Source of the DNA: Bacteroidota bacterium
GTDB taxonomy: Bacteria; Bacteroidota; Ignavibacteria; OLB7
Assembly (NCBI GenBank): GCA_018266795.1
Contig: JAFDZV010000036.1
Coordinates: 26,971-90,970, forward strand
Direction: 5' to 3'
DNA length: 64,000 bases
In this document: positions 21,601-28,807 of the stretch, in pieces
Layout of the letters: each line of letters starts with the position of its first letter
Numbering within the stretch: position 1 is the stretch's first letter
Notes under the pieces: generated by a model
Seen by the model: only the letters and a program-made list of their open reading frames with translations
What the model was told of the DNA's origin: nothing
Databases searched by the model: none
Translations under genes and position numbers: made by a program

Positions 21601-24600
21601 CAATCAGTGCCTTCATCCTGCAAACCAATCTCTCCACGCTCACCAACCCGCAGGGGTCGAAGAGCATGGTGGCGGCGAAGGACGTACCGGCTGCGGTCGC
21701 AAATGATTTCAAGGACAACCGTGCCGAGATTCTGCGAGTACTGTGGGAGGGAAGTATCGTTCGCTCCGGCGGATACTATCTCTACTATCGGTGCGGTGGT
21801 GCATCGCGAGGGCTGCCGGACAGCGCGTTCAAGGATGACGGTACGGCGGACATCACGCTGTTGATCACCTATGGCTACGGGGCCGGCAATTATGCCTCCA
21901 GCGGGCTGCCGTCGTTCGTGAACCGGGTGGTAGTGGGGGCGGATGTTACCGTGGCTTCCGTGTTCGCAGTCTCGCACGAGCAGTCGATATCGGTAGCGGT
22001 GAACGGCACCACGACGCTCAGCCAGCTGATGGCCTCGTATCACACAAACCTTGCGGATCTGGCCGTGGACCTTGGCGGACAGGGGCTGAGCGTGGAGTCG
22101 ATTCCCGTTCCCGGTGCAGTGTACCAGGTGGCGCACGGCGGCGAGACGCTGGGCGCGGTTGCCAACCGATTCCATCTTGGCATCGATGCCATCAAAAGCG
22201 CGAACACGGATCTCGATGCGGGCCTCACCGCCGACAGCGAGTTGACCGAGTACCTGACCCTCGTGATCCCGCCGTTCACGCATCCGGTAGCTGCCGGGCA
22301 GAACCTTGCAGGCATTGCCGGCACATACAATGTGCCATTGACCGATCTCGTTGCTCCGCTTGCCGGCTCTGCAATCTTCGCTGCCGGACCGAATGTGAAC
22401 ATCCGCAGTCGCCTGGTAACGAAGTCGCCCACGGTGCCGCCGGGACACACCGGATTCCAGCTGTTCCGCGTGCCTCAGGAGACTCCGACAGTGCATGATG
22501 AGCCCACAGCCGCACAACAGTTGGAATCGCTCTACAGCCTGCTTGCATACTGGCTGGTGCAGAACCAGTGGTGCGATGGAAGCATGGAGGGACTGCCGCG
22601 CGGACCGGGGGAGGAACTGGCGGAGTTCACGGATCTTCCGGACGTGGAGGATCGGTGGAAGTACGAACAGGTACTGCCTGCGTACCGGTTTGTTCACAGC
22701 GCACTCCCGGCCGCCAACCCATATCGAGGGGTGGGTACGCTCGTGGAGATCGGCGTGGATTGGCGCGACGTGTTCGGCAATCTCCTGAACTACGTCTTCG
22801 AGGTTGATGGATGTTGGGGATCGAACGTTCTGCCGATCCGCCTGGGCTACACCGACGAAGTAATCGGAATCGGGCGTTGGCCGTCTGTGCGGTCATCCTA
22901 CAGCATGGGCTTCGATGCGAACTCGAATCCGACGAACGACATCGTACTGGAGTTCGATGTTGCGCGCTACCTGGTTACCCCGGAGGGTGAGCAGGCAAGT
23001 CTGGGGGATGTGTACAATATTGCCGGCGCCGACTACGAAGCATACACGCGCATCGCAAATCAGCTTGCCTGTGCCGATGTCACAGCCTGGGGAAGCACCA
23101 CGCTGGGCGGCCCGTCGCAGCCGCTCAGTATTGCCGCAATCCGTGCCTGGGTGGGAAGCATCGTAAGCTTCCTGGATCAGCTGTTCGCGGTGCTTATCGA
23201 CCCGGATGCGCCGCAGCCGCAGATCCCGGACGATCTCACGCTTCCGATCCCTGCCTCGCTTACAAACAACGAGGCGATCTTCCCGTTGATCGTTCGTTTC
23301 GGCATCGAGCGTACCGGGCGTATCGACGATGCATTCCTCGACATGCCCGCCGTGCGCGAGGCTACCGAGGACATCGAACCCGCCGGGCCGATCAAGGACT
23401 TCGCCGCGAACTTCGAGTGCGTCTATGGGGGGGCGAAGCTGGCCGCGGGCCTCTCGCGTCTGGAGGATACGGAGACCGATTCACGCAATCGGCTCTGGGT
23501 GGTGAAGCTGGGGCAGCTCAACGGCAATAATCGCGACCAGGGCCCATCGAATCCGAACAAACGGTTCCAGTATGCCGTCGACGATCAGCAGCAGGTGTTC
23601 TTCGCACCGATTCCGCTTGCTACGTCACCCATCGGATCGGAAGATCTGAACGTCTACAACTACGTTTCCGGACAGGGGCTGGCCGATGCAGTCACCAGGA
23701 AAACCTACAAGGGGGTTGATCTCGATGCCTGGGCCCGGACGTTCCTGAATGCGGTGGACACGATTCTGCTTCCTCAGTATGCAACTCCGGCACATCTGCT
23801 CGATCTTGGAAGCGCTGCTCCGGCGGGCTCGCGCGCGCTCGAGAAGATTATCGCTGCGAAGCGAATGATTGCCGGCGCCATCACGGGAATGGTGCAGGAG
23901 ATTGGAGACACAGGACGGGGAAACCTGGGCGAGGCCAGCGAGTTCTTCAGTCAGCGACTGCTGGTTCGATTGTCGGCAGCGTATGAAACCGATGCGATCG
24001 TTCAGCTGGGAGTAAACGTGGACTCGCCGTATGCCGATGCGGATACCACGTACGTACCGAAGCTGTATGGGCAGACAGTGGGACGGCGGCCGGGAACGGA
24101 GGAGTCGAAGCCGGAGTTCACGCTCTCCACGGCACGTGTTCCACTGGCACGCGAGAGTCAGTACCTGACATTCCTTTTCAGTGCGGAGACGGCGCTGCCC
24201 GAACAGATGTTCGAGGTGGATGTAGAATTCAACGTCAGCGCATTGGAATACCAGATTGCCGACGTGCCGGGCATTACCGATTATCGCGCGTCATCGTGGC
24301 TCACATTCATCATTCCACCCGACTCGCCAACCGTGCGGGCTGCTGTTCCGGTACCGATCCGGAAGTTCCCGCCCACGCCGACGTTGATCGAGCAGGAATT
24401 GATCACCACGGTTGACGCCACCGATGATGAGGAGGAATACAATGCGCTTACGCTTGCCGAGACGCGTGAATGGCAGTATGCATATACATACGAGCGGGTG
24501 CAGGGGACGCACGATGTAATCTTCACCTCCCCTCGATTCAATGTGGCCAACAGCGAACTGCCTCACGGCATCGGTGCGGAGGATCCCGATCTGTTCCAGG

Positions 24601-25769
24601 CGCTGGCGATGTTCGATCACGCCTGGGATGCCATCCAGCAGGATCTGTTCGATCCGTTGGTCAAGATCAGGCAGGGCGTTGCCGGTGCCGACGACGGCAA
24701 GGCCGATGCCGCTCTCACAGCGTTTGCCGCAATTGCATCCAAGGTTGCATGCGCATGGGGACGCTGGTTGTGCGATCGCGATTTCTACCGGCCGTCGTAC
24801 GGGACGGAAGATCCATACCTGTACGTGGTAAGCGAGGATGATCGCGACATCCTAGTCGAGGCGCAGGTGGTGCGGCGGTTCACGATAGCCGTCAGAGTCT
24901 GCCGCGGCCAGGCGGACGTTCCTCTACCGCGTATAGATGTCGATGGTTGGGAAACCCACCCGGTGGACAACGTATTGCCGGGATGGCGGATATTCTGGTA
25001 TTCAGCAGTAGGAGAGAACGGAACGGAGATCCTGGACAAGGATACTGCTGCGGAGGACCGCCAGCGAACGGTGGTATTCGAAACACTGGATATCCTGAAC
25101 AAGCAGAATGCATGGGGAGGGGTGTACACAACCCGGAACGAGAACATCTTCAACGATGCCGCCTGTAATCCGACTGCTTCCATTCATACGAATCGGGAGT
25201 TCATCTATCGTACTCCGATGGTTCGCTTCGGAAATCTGCTGACCCCACTCATCGAATATGACGGGACGATCGATGTCGGGAGTCTGAGTCCCGCGGAGCC
25301 GAGCCCGAAGGGAATCGGGAGCCACATCGGCACGTTGTTCACGAAGTTCTTCGAAGGGATTCAGAATCCGGCGCCGAACGAGACCCGAAGCATTCGCGTG
25401 GATTGCAGGTATGAGTATCGTCTGGGGAATCCCTATGGGATCGTGAGTCCGATGATCGTTACGCTGCCGATTGCTATGTCGCCGCCGTTCGATTTCCGGA
25501 TACATGCGGACGAGGACGCGACATGCCCGCAGCAGGCTGCCACTTTCACCTGTGCGCTTGCCGATGCGATCACCGCCTGGTACTACGCGCGGTTGCCCGA
25601 GCGGGATCAGGGGCGGTTCATTTTCGACATCGCAGTCTATTCAAGCCTGGGGAATACAGGCAAGCTGCCGATCTACCACGTGAAGTCCTTGCGGTTGAAT
25701 CTGAGCGACGTGAACGATCTGACCGAGGATGATTGCGACGACGACGGTGGCGACGGCACGGGAGGATGA
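15654..25769 (+). CDS. Giant protein, paralog B (3,371 aa), with at least 7 tandem LysM-like modules and the same conserved core as paralog A; no N-terminal signal peptide.
   Basis: The ATG is 16 nt after the stop of the MBL gene, with gaggaag just upstream. Core segment LKFEILYKKVTESIGVYQMEIRVPD...FPFLGAGGFYFALLEGAT is at nt ~18220-18960. LysM-like modules lie at ~19860-20720 and ~22000-22420 (e.g. VYQVAHGGETLGAVANRFHLGIDAIKSAN, HPVAAGQNLAGIAGTYNV, SAGETLAALATTYGVSPGEV). The C-terminal block NAWGGVYTTRNENIF...RTPMVRFGNLLTPLIEYD is shared. The tail is acidic/Gly (EDDCDDDGGDGTGG). Confidence 0.85.
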   Translation: MSLQTFYNSLGGDTPPNPIVFELDEDTVDPILMLLTLLEVDRLEVDIVGEGEHDPPFGMVYTADDQPMTIRGSAEMYGVATTVLLVFVQDAETDAIQGTLTAALDITSIQALSDSGIAVIANMADIAAMPEAGVVLEVLGNLSLTTSTADRTFVVQSGIKDGTTRVFQSPAVSFTGLNVRVDRVIGDPASEDGPGAPVTTLSVKGAFTVCGQALDVTVDIPVGGVGSTMWRFAFTSPTGFGLDSLVDLLNAFGVGGQFAALPDRIRLLSAFRFMGFEVIADPFPSIASIEVLFAITGDWNVVDTVTLHNITCSLLVQNPFNGPSALLRASGVFTVGGIDLGTTLLIPIGGGNWLVRCTTDSDSINLLTMSQLPGRFDLSSLQAPIGTQQQLDVVLNDLTVVFNPIARTIGAISIAVRYAATWNALVYNGETVLSVTNPQFVIAIDSPLSNNRRVTASISGFVAFYDLINASFEMTRSGGRWAFAAETTKPIRLQAIFDKFFPTYPEWLDAIKGFSITQIVFNYTTSGGSQPGVFNLSARIEANWDYALGGQTGSIQLTSISASVGSQPDPAQPAQRIWTFAVAGTVRLYDTFNLTGSFQYRTGNGPGSGAEIAVEFDGVRGVYNSTNKRIDVSLGNRTVGDLVNTLNRLVNGPATPDYQFESPWDLVAGISLQGLVFSFYFDGNSQKRCGITYRFPTPVDLGFMKIVSVSVIVTTTKKIRFEADVIPFTATTPSPFGWNLDDANVPKPPGRSARILDLKYLGIGQRLELMSANATRSVDDGIAAMKTAFAIPSATSHPLTGMQAGLRYNPQMNWLVGADFQLFGALAIGFIFNDSNIAGVRVGVDGDRFRYLGGLKFEILYKKVTESIGVYQMEIRVPDSIRQIELGQVSITLPIIAFELYTNGNFKVDFGFPKDNDFSRSFMIQVFPFLGAGGFYFALLEGATSPRLPANYNPNTGVFRPVLSFGIGLSLGVGKSINRGIFSAQLSITFEGILEGVIGFFNPTSGSGTEIYYWLQGTLGVVGRIQGSVSFAVISASVSLVVYARIGATFESYQPLVLFFEAGVDVNLTVRIGVGWLSTDVSCSFSTSIRESFTIPVRGNGTAPWVGGGQHALGHGAGPHGMIGSSAVAPKEMGVLRWRTIDMAGTGDEVLLEFRPMYTVAEGPNGQKSNYVAMLFLRSASQSERENDHRTVNEIQATDFEALATGMLVWAINASVNANNQTAVNAGNIETELLNKDVRIDHLQEVFDSLARRAGAAASFETQQLLDFLHLYFTMVIVPLQQNRHSPNGGSSDDRPTLAVFPMPPDLELKAFYDDATVADIDFASYNMVPDSYSGEIANHFKEIAMQFQTGLEASVDANEMQAAPEYTGDEESMASYVFDDYFMLLARGVVHAAMDLLKNYSIKSAGETLAALATTYGVSPGEVGVANADLAITAPATLQLGGVAVTTTATDTLAALASDRGFPNDNGFLESLGRLNALTPGLVATDTAITIGDDSIDVAENETLYSMATRLHASPGAVAVTIASRQVLNADTRLLLPTVPTTYLTVGSEPNLRWIASNYVATPDFQFETDFALANAFVPGIFVPGTIFTMATGDAYQSIASDSLATIAAAVGFTVESVAGASNELSGIIAPGVRLTIPPVSVALEGAPTLRQVQTTYGAGIAAVAAANAATLVLGAAGGCIELPNVKKIKIGTLRKEMLQRDLLIDLGGTVSRFMVPGLRLPLPTQQQNPEPGLWPNCEPDGLYRLTGQQFELDNPLGGQNGPDLDVMLVGGANAGWYSMRGDAENYENPENDEVYENPVRVTLEWADLDKLDQLAAEQLLVDASPYRKIPMSQTQLKRFPLGRPVQIQMSGAFAYAVGTAPNGVLPTILNFSEGMRRVLAVARNPEQRFDLALERPDGSAAALNVYSWATAITVKVRRVRLPDGSIAAMTYELDGADAEGTLTLEKIVARGGTSGFGFIQDIHLLFAGQGVGALQTDGPNAISAFILQTNLSTLTNPQGSKSMVAAKDVPAAVANDFKDNRAEILRVLWEGSIVRSGGYYLYYRCGGASRGLPDSAFKDDGTADITLLITYGYGAGNYASSGLPSFVNRVVVGADVTVASVFAVSHEQSISVAVNGTTTLSQLMASYHTNLADLAVDLGGQGLSVESIPVPGAVYQVAHGGETLGAVANRFHLGIDAIKSANTDLDAGLTADSELTEYLTLVIPPFTHPVAAGQNLAGIAGTYNVPLTDLVAPLAGSAIFAAGPNVNIRSRLVTKSPTVPPGHTGFQLFRVPQETPTVHDEPTAAQQLESLYSLLAYWLVQNQWCDGSMEGLPRGPGEELAEFTDLPDVEDRWKYEQVLPAYRFVHSALPAANPYRGVGTLVEIGVDWRDVFGNLLNYVFEVDGCWGSNVLPIRLGYTDEVIGIGRWPSVRSSYSMGFDANSNPTNDIVLEFDVARYLVTPEGEQASLGDVYNIAGADYEAYTRIANQLACADVTAWGSTTLGGPSQPLSIAAIRAWVGSIVSFLDQLFAVLIDPDAPQPQIPDDLTLPIPASLTNNEAIFPLIVRFGIERTGRIDDAFLDMPAVREATEDIEPAGPIKDFAANFECVYGGAKLAAGLSRLEDTETDSRNRLWVVKLGQLNGNNRDQGPSNPNKRFQYAVDDQQQVFFAPIPLATSPIGSEDLNVYNYVSGQGLADAVTRKTYKGVDLDAWARTFLNAVDTILLPQYATPAHLLDLGSAAPAGSRALEKIIAAKRMIAGAITGMVQEIGDTGRGNLGEASEFFSQRLLVRLSAAYETDAIVQLGVNVDSPYADADTTYVPKLYGQTVGRRPGTEESKPEFTLSTARVPLARESQYLTFLFSAETALPEQMFEVDVEFNVSALEYQIADVPGITDYRASSWLTFIIPPDSPTVRAAVPVPIRKFPPTPTLIEQELITTVDATDDEEEYNALTLAETREWQYAYTYERVQGTHDVIFTSPRFNVANSELPHGIGAEDPDLFQALAMFDHAWDAIQQDLFDPLVKIRQGVAGADDGKADAALTAFAAIASKVACAWGRWLCDRDFYRPSYGTEDPYLYVVSEDDRDILVEAQVVRRFTIAVRVCRGQADVPLPRIDVDGWETHPVDNVLPGWRIFWYSAVGENGTEILDKDTAAEDRQRTVVFETLDILNKQNAWGGVYTTRNENIFNDAACNPTASIHTNREFIYRTPMVRFGNLLTPLIEYDGTIDVGSLSPAEPSPKGIGSHIGTLFTKFFEGIQNPAPNETRSIRVDCRYEYRLGNPYGIVSPMIVTLPIAMSPPFDFRIHADEDATCPQQAATFTCALADAITAWYYARLPERDQGRFIFDIAVYSSLGNTGKLPIYHVKSLRLNLSDVNDLTEDDCDDDGGDGTGG

Positions 25770-25823
25770 TACCGGCCTGGCACGTGGGGCCGATACGGCT
25801 TCATGGCGACAGATGCAATGAAC

Positions 25824-25866
25824 GACGGCGTCTCGTTACTTCGGGTGACGAGACGCTTCGTTTTTA
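25824..25866 (+). terminator. Rho-independent terminator for giant gene B.
   Basis: An 8-9 bp perfect stem (cgtctcgt / acgagacg) with an 11-nt loop is followed by cttcgttttt, 55 nt after the stop and between convergent genes. Confidence 0.6.
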
Positions 25867-25885
25867 GTGCGCACGCTCGTTGCTC

Positions 25886-26938
25886 TCACCGCTCCCGAAA
25901 CTCCTGCGGTGCATTCGGCACCAGTGCGGGATCGGCGAGGTCCAACTCCAGCAACGTCTTTCCGTTGTTCGCCTCCACGCCGACGGTGAATGCGCCGAGT
26001 GATTGGAACGTGTACGCGAGCGTGCGATCCGGGCCAAGCTCCGCCGTCACCACATCCGGTTTGAACGTCGGATGCAGATGAATGGCAACCTGGTTCGACA
26101 TCACCTGCGCTTCGTCCGATGCGGTGACCTCCAGCGTGACGCGGAAGAAGGTCCTGCTGGAATCCACCGGCGTTACCGTTGCGCCGATCCTCCAGCCGTC
26201 GCGATCGGCGAGGCCGCCGAATCTCCCCTTTGCGGGATCGGACGCCATCTCCTCGTTATCCGCGTGGCCGGCGACTCCGCGAATGCCCGGAGCCGGCCCC
26301 TTGAACGTCTGCGCTGCTGCGGGCCGTGCTGCCGCGGCTGCCGTTCGCCAGATGACGCTCGCAAACTTCACCTGATTCTCCTTCGCCTGTTCGATGTCCG
26401 CCTGCACAGTCTCGCCAACCTTCTGTGCCTCCACGGATGCAGCGGTAGCCGACTGCGATATCTCCATCGCCGCCTCCGATCGCAGCTGAGCCGCGGCGGA
26501 TTTCCGCATCGCCCGCTCCGAATTTCGTTTGGCGTCGGCCGCCAGTGCGATCACCTGCCTGGAGACCGAGCCGATGAAGGCGCGCGAGGAGATGGCCGCC
26601 GCAAGACAGAAGCCGCCGTAGATGAAGAACTGCCATCCGGAGAGCTGCGCCGGGTTCGATGTGTCCACCAGTTTGCTGTCCGCGATCTTCAGGAAGAGCG
26701 GCACCAGAAACGCGGCGCCGACACCACGTACCACCGGCTGCCACACCGATGTGTCGGTAGGCACCGGTTGAGCCGGGACCGGCGTGGAGGCCGGATCGGC
26801 GGCCGATGCTCCGGTTGTGTCCGGTTCCGGCCGGCGCAGCGCGGAACGTCCATCCGGAAAGCCGAAGTAGCTGACCAGCCCTCCGAATATCCCGGCGAGA
26901 ACCGTGAGCGTGATGAGAATCGGGATCTGGGTTTCCAT
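25886..26938 (-). CDS. Membrane-anchored hypothetical protein (350 aa) with 2 predicted TM helices, an Ala/Gln-rich coiled-coil-like linker and a C-terminal globular domain.
   Basis: The N-terminus METQIPILITLTVLAGIFGGLVSYFGF and the segment WQFFIYGGFCLAAAISSRAF are hydrophobic. The AAAQLRSEAAMEISQSATAASVEAQKVGETVQADIEQAKENQVKF region is coiled-coil-like. The C-terminal domain GRFGGLADRDGWRIGATVTPVDSSRTFFRVTLEVTASDEAQVMSNQVAIHLHPTF has no match I can name. Confidence 0.6.
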   Translation of the reverse strand: METQIPILITLTVLAGIFGGLVSYFGFPDGRSALRRPEPDTTGASAADPASTPVPAQPVPTDTSVWQPVVRGVGAAFLVPLFLKIADSKLVDTSNPAQLSGWQFFIYGGFCLAAAISSRAFIGSVSRQVIALAADAKRNSERAMRKSAAAQLRSEAAMEISQSATAASVEAQKVGETVQADIEQAKENQVKFASVIWRTAAAAARPAAAQTFKGPAPGIRGVAGHADNEEMASDPAKGRFGGLADRDGWRIGATVTPVDSSRTFFRVTLEVTASDEAQVMSNQVAIHLHPTFKPDVVTAELGPDRTLAYTFQSLGAFTVGVEANNGKTLLELDLADPALVPNAPQEFRER

Positions 26939-26975
26939 GGCAGCGCATCAATAGTGTGAATCGAGGAGGGAGTTG

Positions 26976-27169
26976 GTCAGTAGTCAGTGGTCAGTAGTCA
27001 GTAGGACAATGACTCCCTGAACAACTGACGACTACTGAGAAACGCATTGATATCTAAAGCCGCGAACCTCAGATGCTCAGGATTGAGTCCTGTTCCAGCG
27101 CCGACACGAGCGTTAGATGTTCAGGAGCTTCTCAATAACAACTGACGACTAACAACTGACGACTGACGA
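26976..27169. repeat. Intergenic palindromic repeat element built from GTCAGTNG / CNACTGAC octamers (locus A).
   Basis: ggtcagtagtcagtggtcagtagtcagtagg (26976-27005) faces caactgacgactactgag (27021-27038). A second right-arm copy caactgacgactaacaactgacgactgacgag lies at 27138-27169. The same family occurs at 63315-63478. Confidence 0.7.
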
Positions 27170-27201
27170 GCAGCGATAGCCGTGCTCTTCGCGGCCGGCC
27201 G

Positions 27202-28098
27202 TCACGGCGCCATCTGGTACGTCCGGGCGCGAAGCTCGGCCGTGATCGCCTGATCCGAGCCGAGCGCCAGAAGCCGGTCTGCGCTCACCGGCTCTCCGAT
27301 GGAGATGTTGATGGTGCGCCCCCGCTTGTTCAGGATCTCGCGTGCAAGCAGAAGCGTCGAGAGTTTCGGCAGGGCGTAGCCGATCGTCCTGAACAGAAGG
27401 CTGTTGCTGCCGTGAACGAACGTTGGCACCACCGTCGGCCGGCATCGACGTACCAGCCCGGCGAGAAGGGGATACCAGACCGGATCGACAACCATCCCCT
27501 CGCGAAACGAGTGCTGCGATATGGCGCCCGCGGGGAAGAGCACAAGCGTGCCGCCGGCCTCCAGCCAGCGAACCGTATCCGCCATCGGGCGAAGGTTGGC
27601 GCGCTTTGCATCGGGTTTGTTGACTGCATCGACGAAGATGAACTCGCTCTGCAGCTCCGGCACCACGCGAAGCTGATAGGCTGCCATGGTGCGTGTGTCC
27701 GGGCGTTCGGCGCGCACCAGCTCGTGGAGTATCATTCCCTCTGCGGCGCCGAACGGATGGTTTGCAATGACGATGGTTCCGCCCGTTCGCGGGATGGACG
27801 CAGGAGTACCGCGCGCTATGGTCCACGCAATGCCGAAGCGTTTCAGCAGGCGCGCCATGAATCGATCGCCGGCAGTGCCGTTGCTGCGCTCGAGCTCCAC
27901 CGTTTCCAGCACGCGCGCAACACCGGTGGCGCGCAACACCGCCGCGCGGAGAGCACGCTTCCAGGAGCCTGCCGATGCGTCCGGGAAGAGAAGGTCCAGC
28001 GTTGTATTCGATACATGTTCTTCGGACACGCTGCGCGGCTGGTTCGGTTTCGCATCCGCGACGCGCGGCGCGGGAGACGTCTGTGCCGGGGAGGTCAT
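27202..28098 (-). CDS. Putative acyltransferase (PlsC / lysophospholipid-acyltransferase-like), 299 aa.
   Basis: The ORF is trimmed to MTSPAQTSP because the upstream in-frame part is a His/Arg/Gln-rich shadow. The segment GGTIVIANHPFGAAEGMILHEL resembles acyltransferase motif I, and LVLFPAGAIS resembles an FPEG-like motif. Family assignment is tentative. Confidence 0.45.
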   Translation of the reverse strand: MTSPAQTSPAPRVADAKPNQPRSVSEEHVSNTTLDLLFPDASAGSWKRALRAAVLRATGVARVLETVELERSNGTAGDRFMARLLKRFGIAWTIARGTPASIPRTGGTIVIANHPFGAAEGMILHELVRAERPDTRTMAAYQLRVVPELQSEFIFVDAVNKPDAKRANLRPMADTVRWLEAGGTLVLFPAGAISQHSFREGMVVDPVWYPLLAGLVRRCRPTVVPTFVHGSNSLLFRTIGYALPKLSTLLLAREILNKRGRTINISIGEPVSADRLLALGSDQAITAELRARTYQMAP

Positions 28099-28490
28099 AT
28101 GATCCCTCGTCGATTGAAGTACCGCCCGCCGTTCCTCGTGAAGCGGCTTCCGATGCCGGTCGTGGAGACGGATGGGCTGAGTCCGGGTGATATGCCGGGC
28201 GCTGCGGCATGGACGAACACATTCGGCTTGACGATGCAGCCGGGGCCCACCGTGATGTTCGGACCGGATGATGCTGCCGCAGGCGCAGTGCCGGCCGGCG
28301 TGCTGTTGAAATCGAGGTTGGCCTGCACGAAGGGGTTGACGAGGCCGGAGAAGAGGCAGCGCGCGTACGGTCCGATCCGGAGACTGATGCTGCTGATGCC
28401 GTTGCCCGACGTGTTGGAGTAGCCGATGGCCATGGTACTGCGTTGCATGCAAGTCATGGTTGCTTCGAGGGCGTGAATGCGCCTGTGCAT
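28095..28490 (-). CDS. Small hypothetical protein (start uncertain, up to 131 aa) translationally coupled to the acyltransferase.
   Basis: Its stop overlaps the acyltransferase start as ATGA. Composition is Gly/Ser/Thr/Pro/Asn/Ile-rich (NITVGPGCIVKPNVFVHAAAPGISPGLSPSVSTTGIGS), not shadow-like. Alternative starts at 28457, 28448 and 28433. Confidence 0.35.
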   Translation of the reverse strand: MHRRIHALEATMTCMQRSTMAIGYSNTSGNGISSISLRIGPYARCLFSGLVNPFVQANLDFNSTPAGTAPAAASSGPNITVGPGCIVKPNVFVHAAAPGISPGLSPSVSTTGIGSRFTRNGGRYFNRRGII

Positions 28491-28807
28491 GCGTCCGCTG
28501 CCGGGCGCAATTGGGACTGTGGAAGGTCGAGGGGAGATGAACGAAACGCGATGCTCAAGATGTGATCTTTCGGGGACTGATCCAATTCAGAGGAAGGCGC
28601 CATGCACCGTGCTTCGCATCCTCCTGCGTCCGTGCCGCTCTACATTGGCGTGCGCAAATGCAACTCCTGTGAGGTTCACCCGCGAGCGGGACGCGTTCCG
28701 GCACCCGGAGCCGCCGCGCGGGCATGGCGCTGATGAAGGAGCGAACGGTGGCGGCATCGCGCCGATCGGGCAGGGCGCCTGCGTGCACGCCCTGCCTCGT
28801 TCCCGGC

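Noticed and set aside
15654-25769. Considered the giant proteins as T9SS cargo, autotransporters, RHS/YD toxins or TcA-like toxins.
   Set aside because: Paralog B has no N-terminal Sec signal. The C-terminus does not convincingly fit a T9SS sorting domain. I see no YD/RHS repeats, no passenger/beta-barrel arrangement and no TcB/TcC partner genes. I cannot support any of these family calls from the sequence.
26976-27169. Considered whether the GTCAGT-type repeats (here and at 63315-63478) form a CRISPR array.
   Set aside because: The units are self-complementary palindromes in direct contact, with no unique spacers of regular length between them. No cas genes are present in the window.
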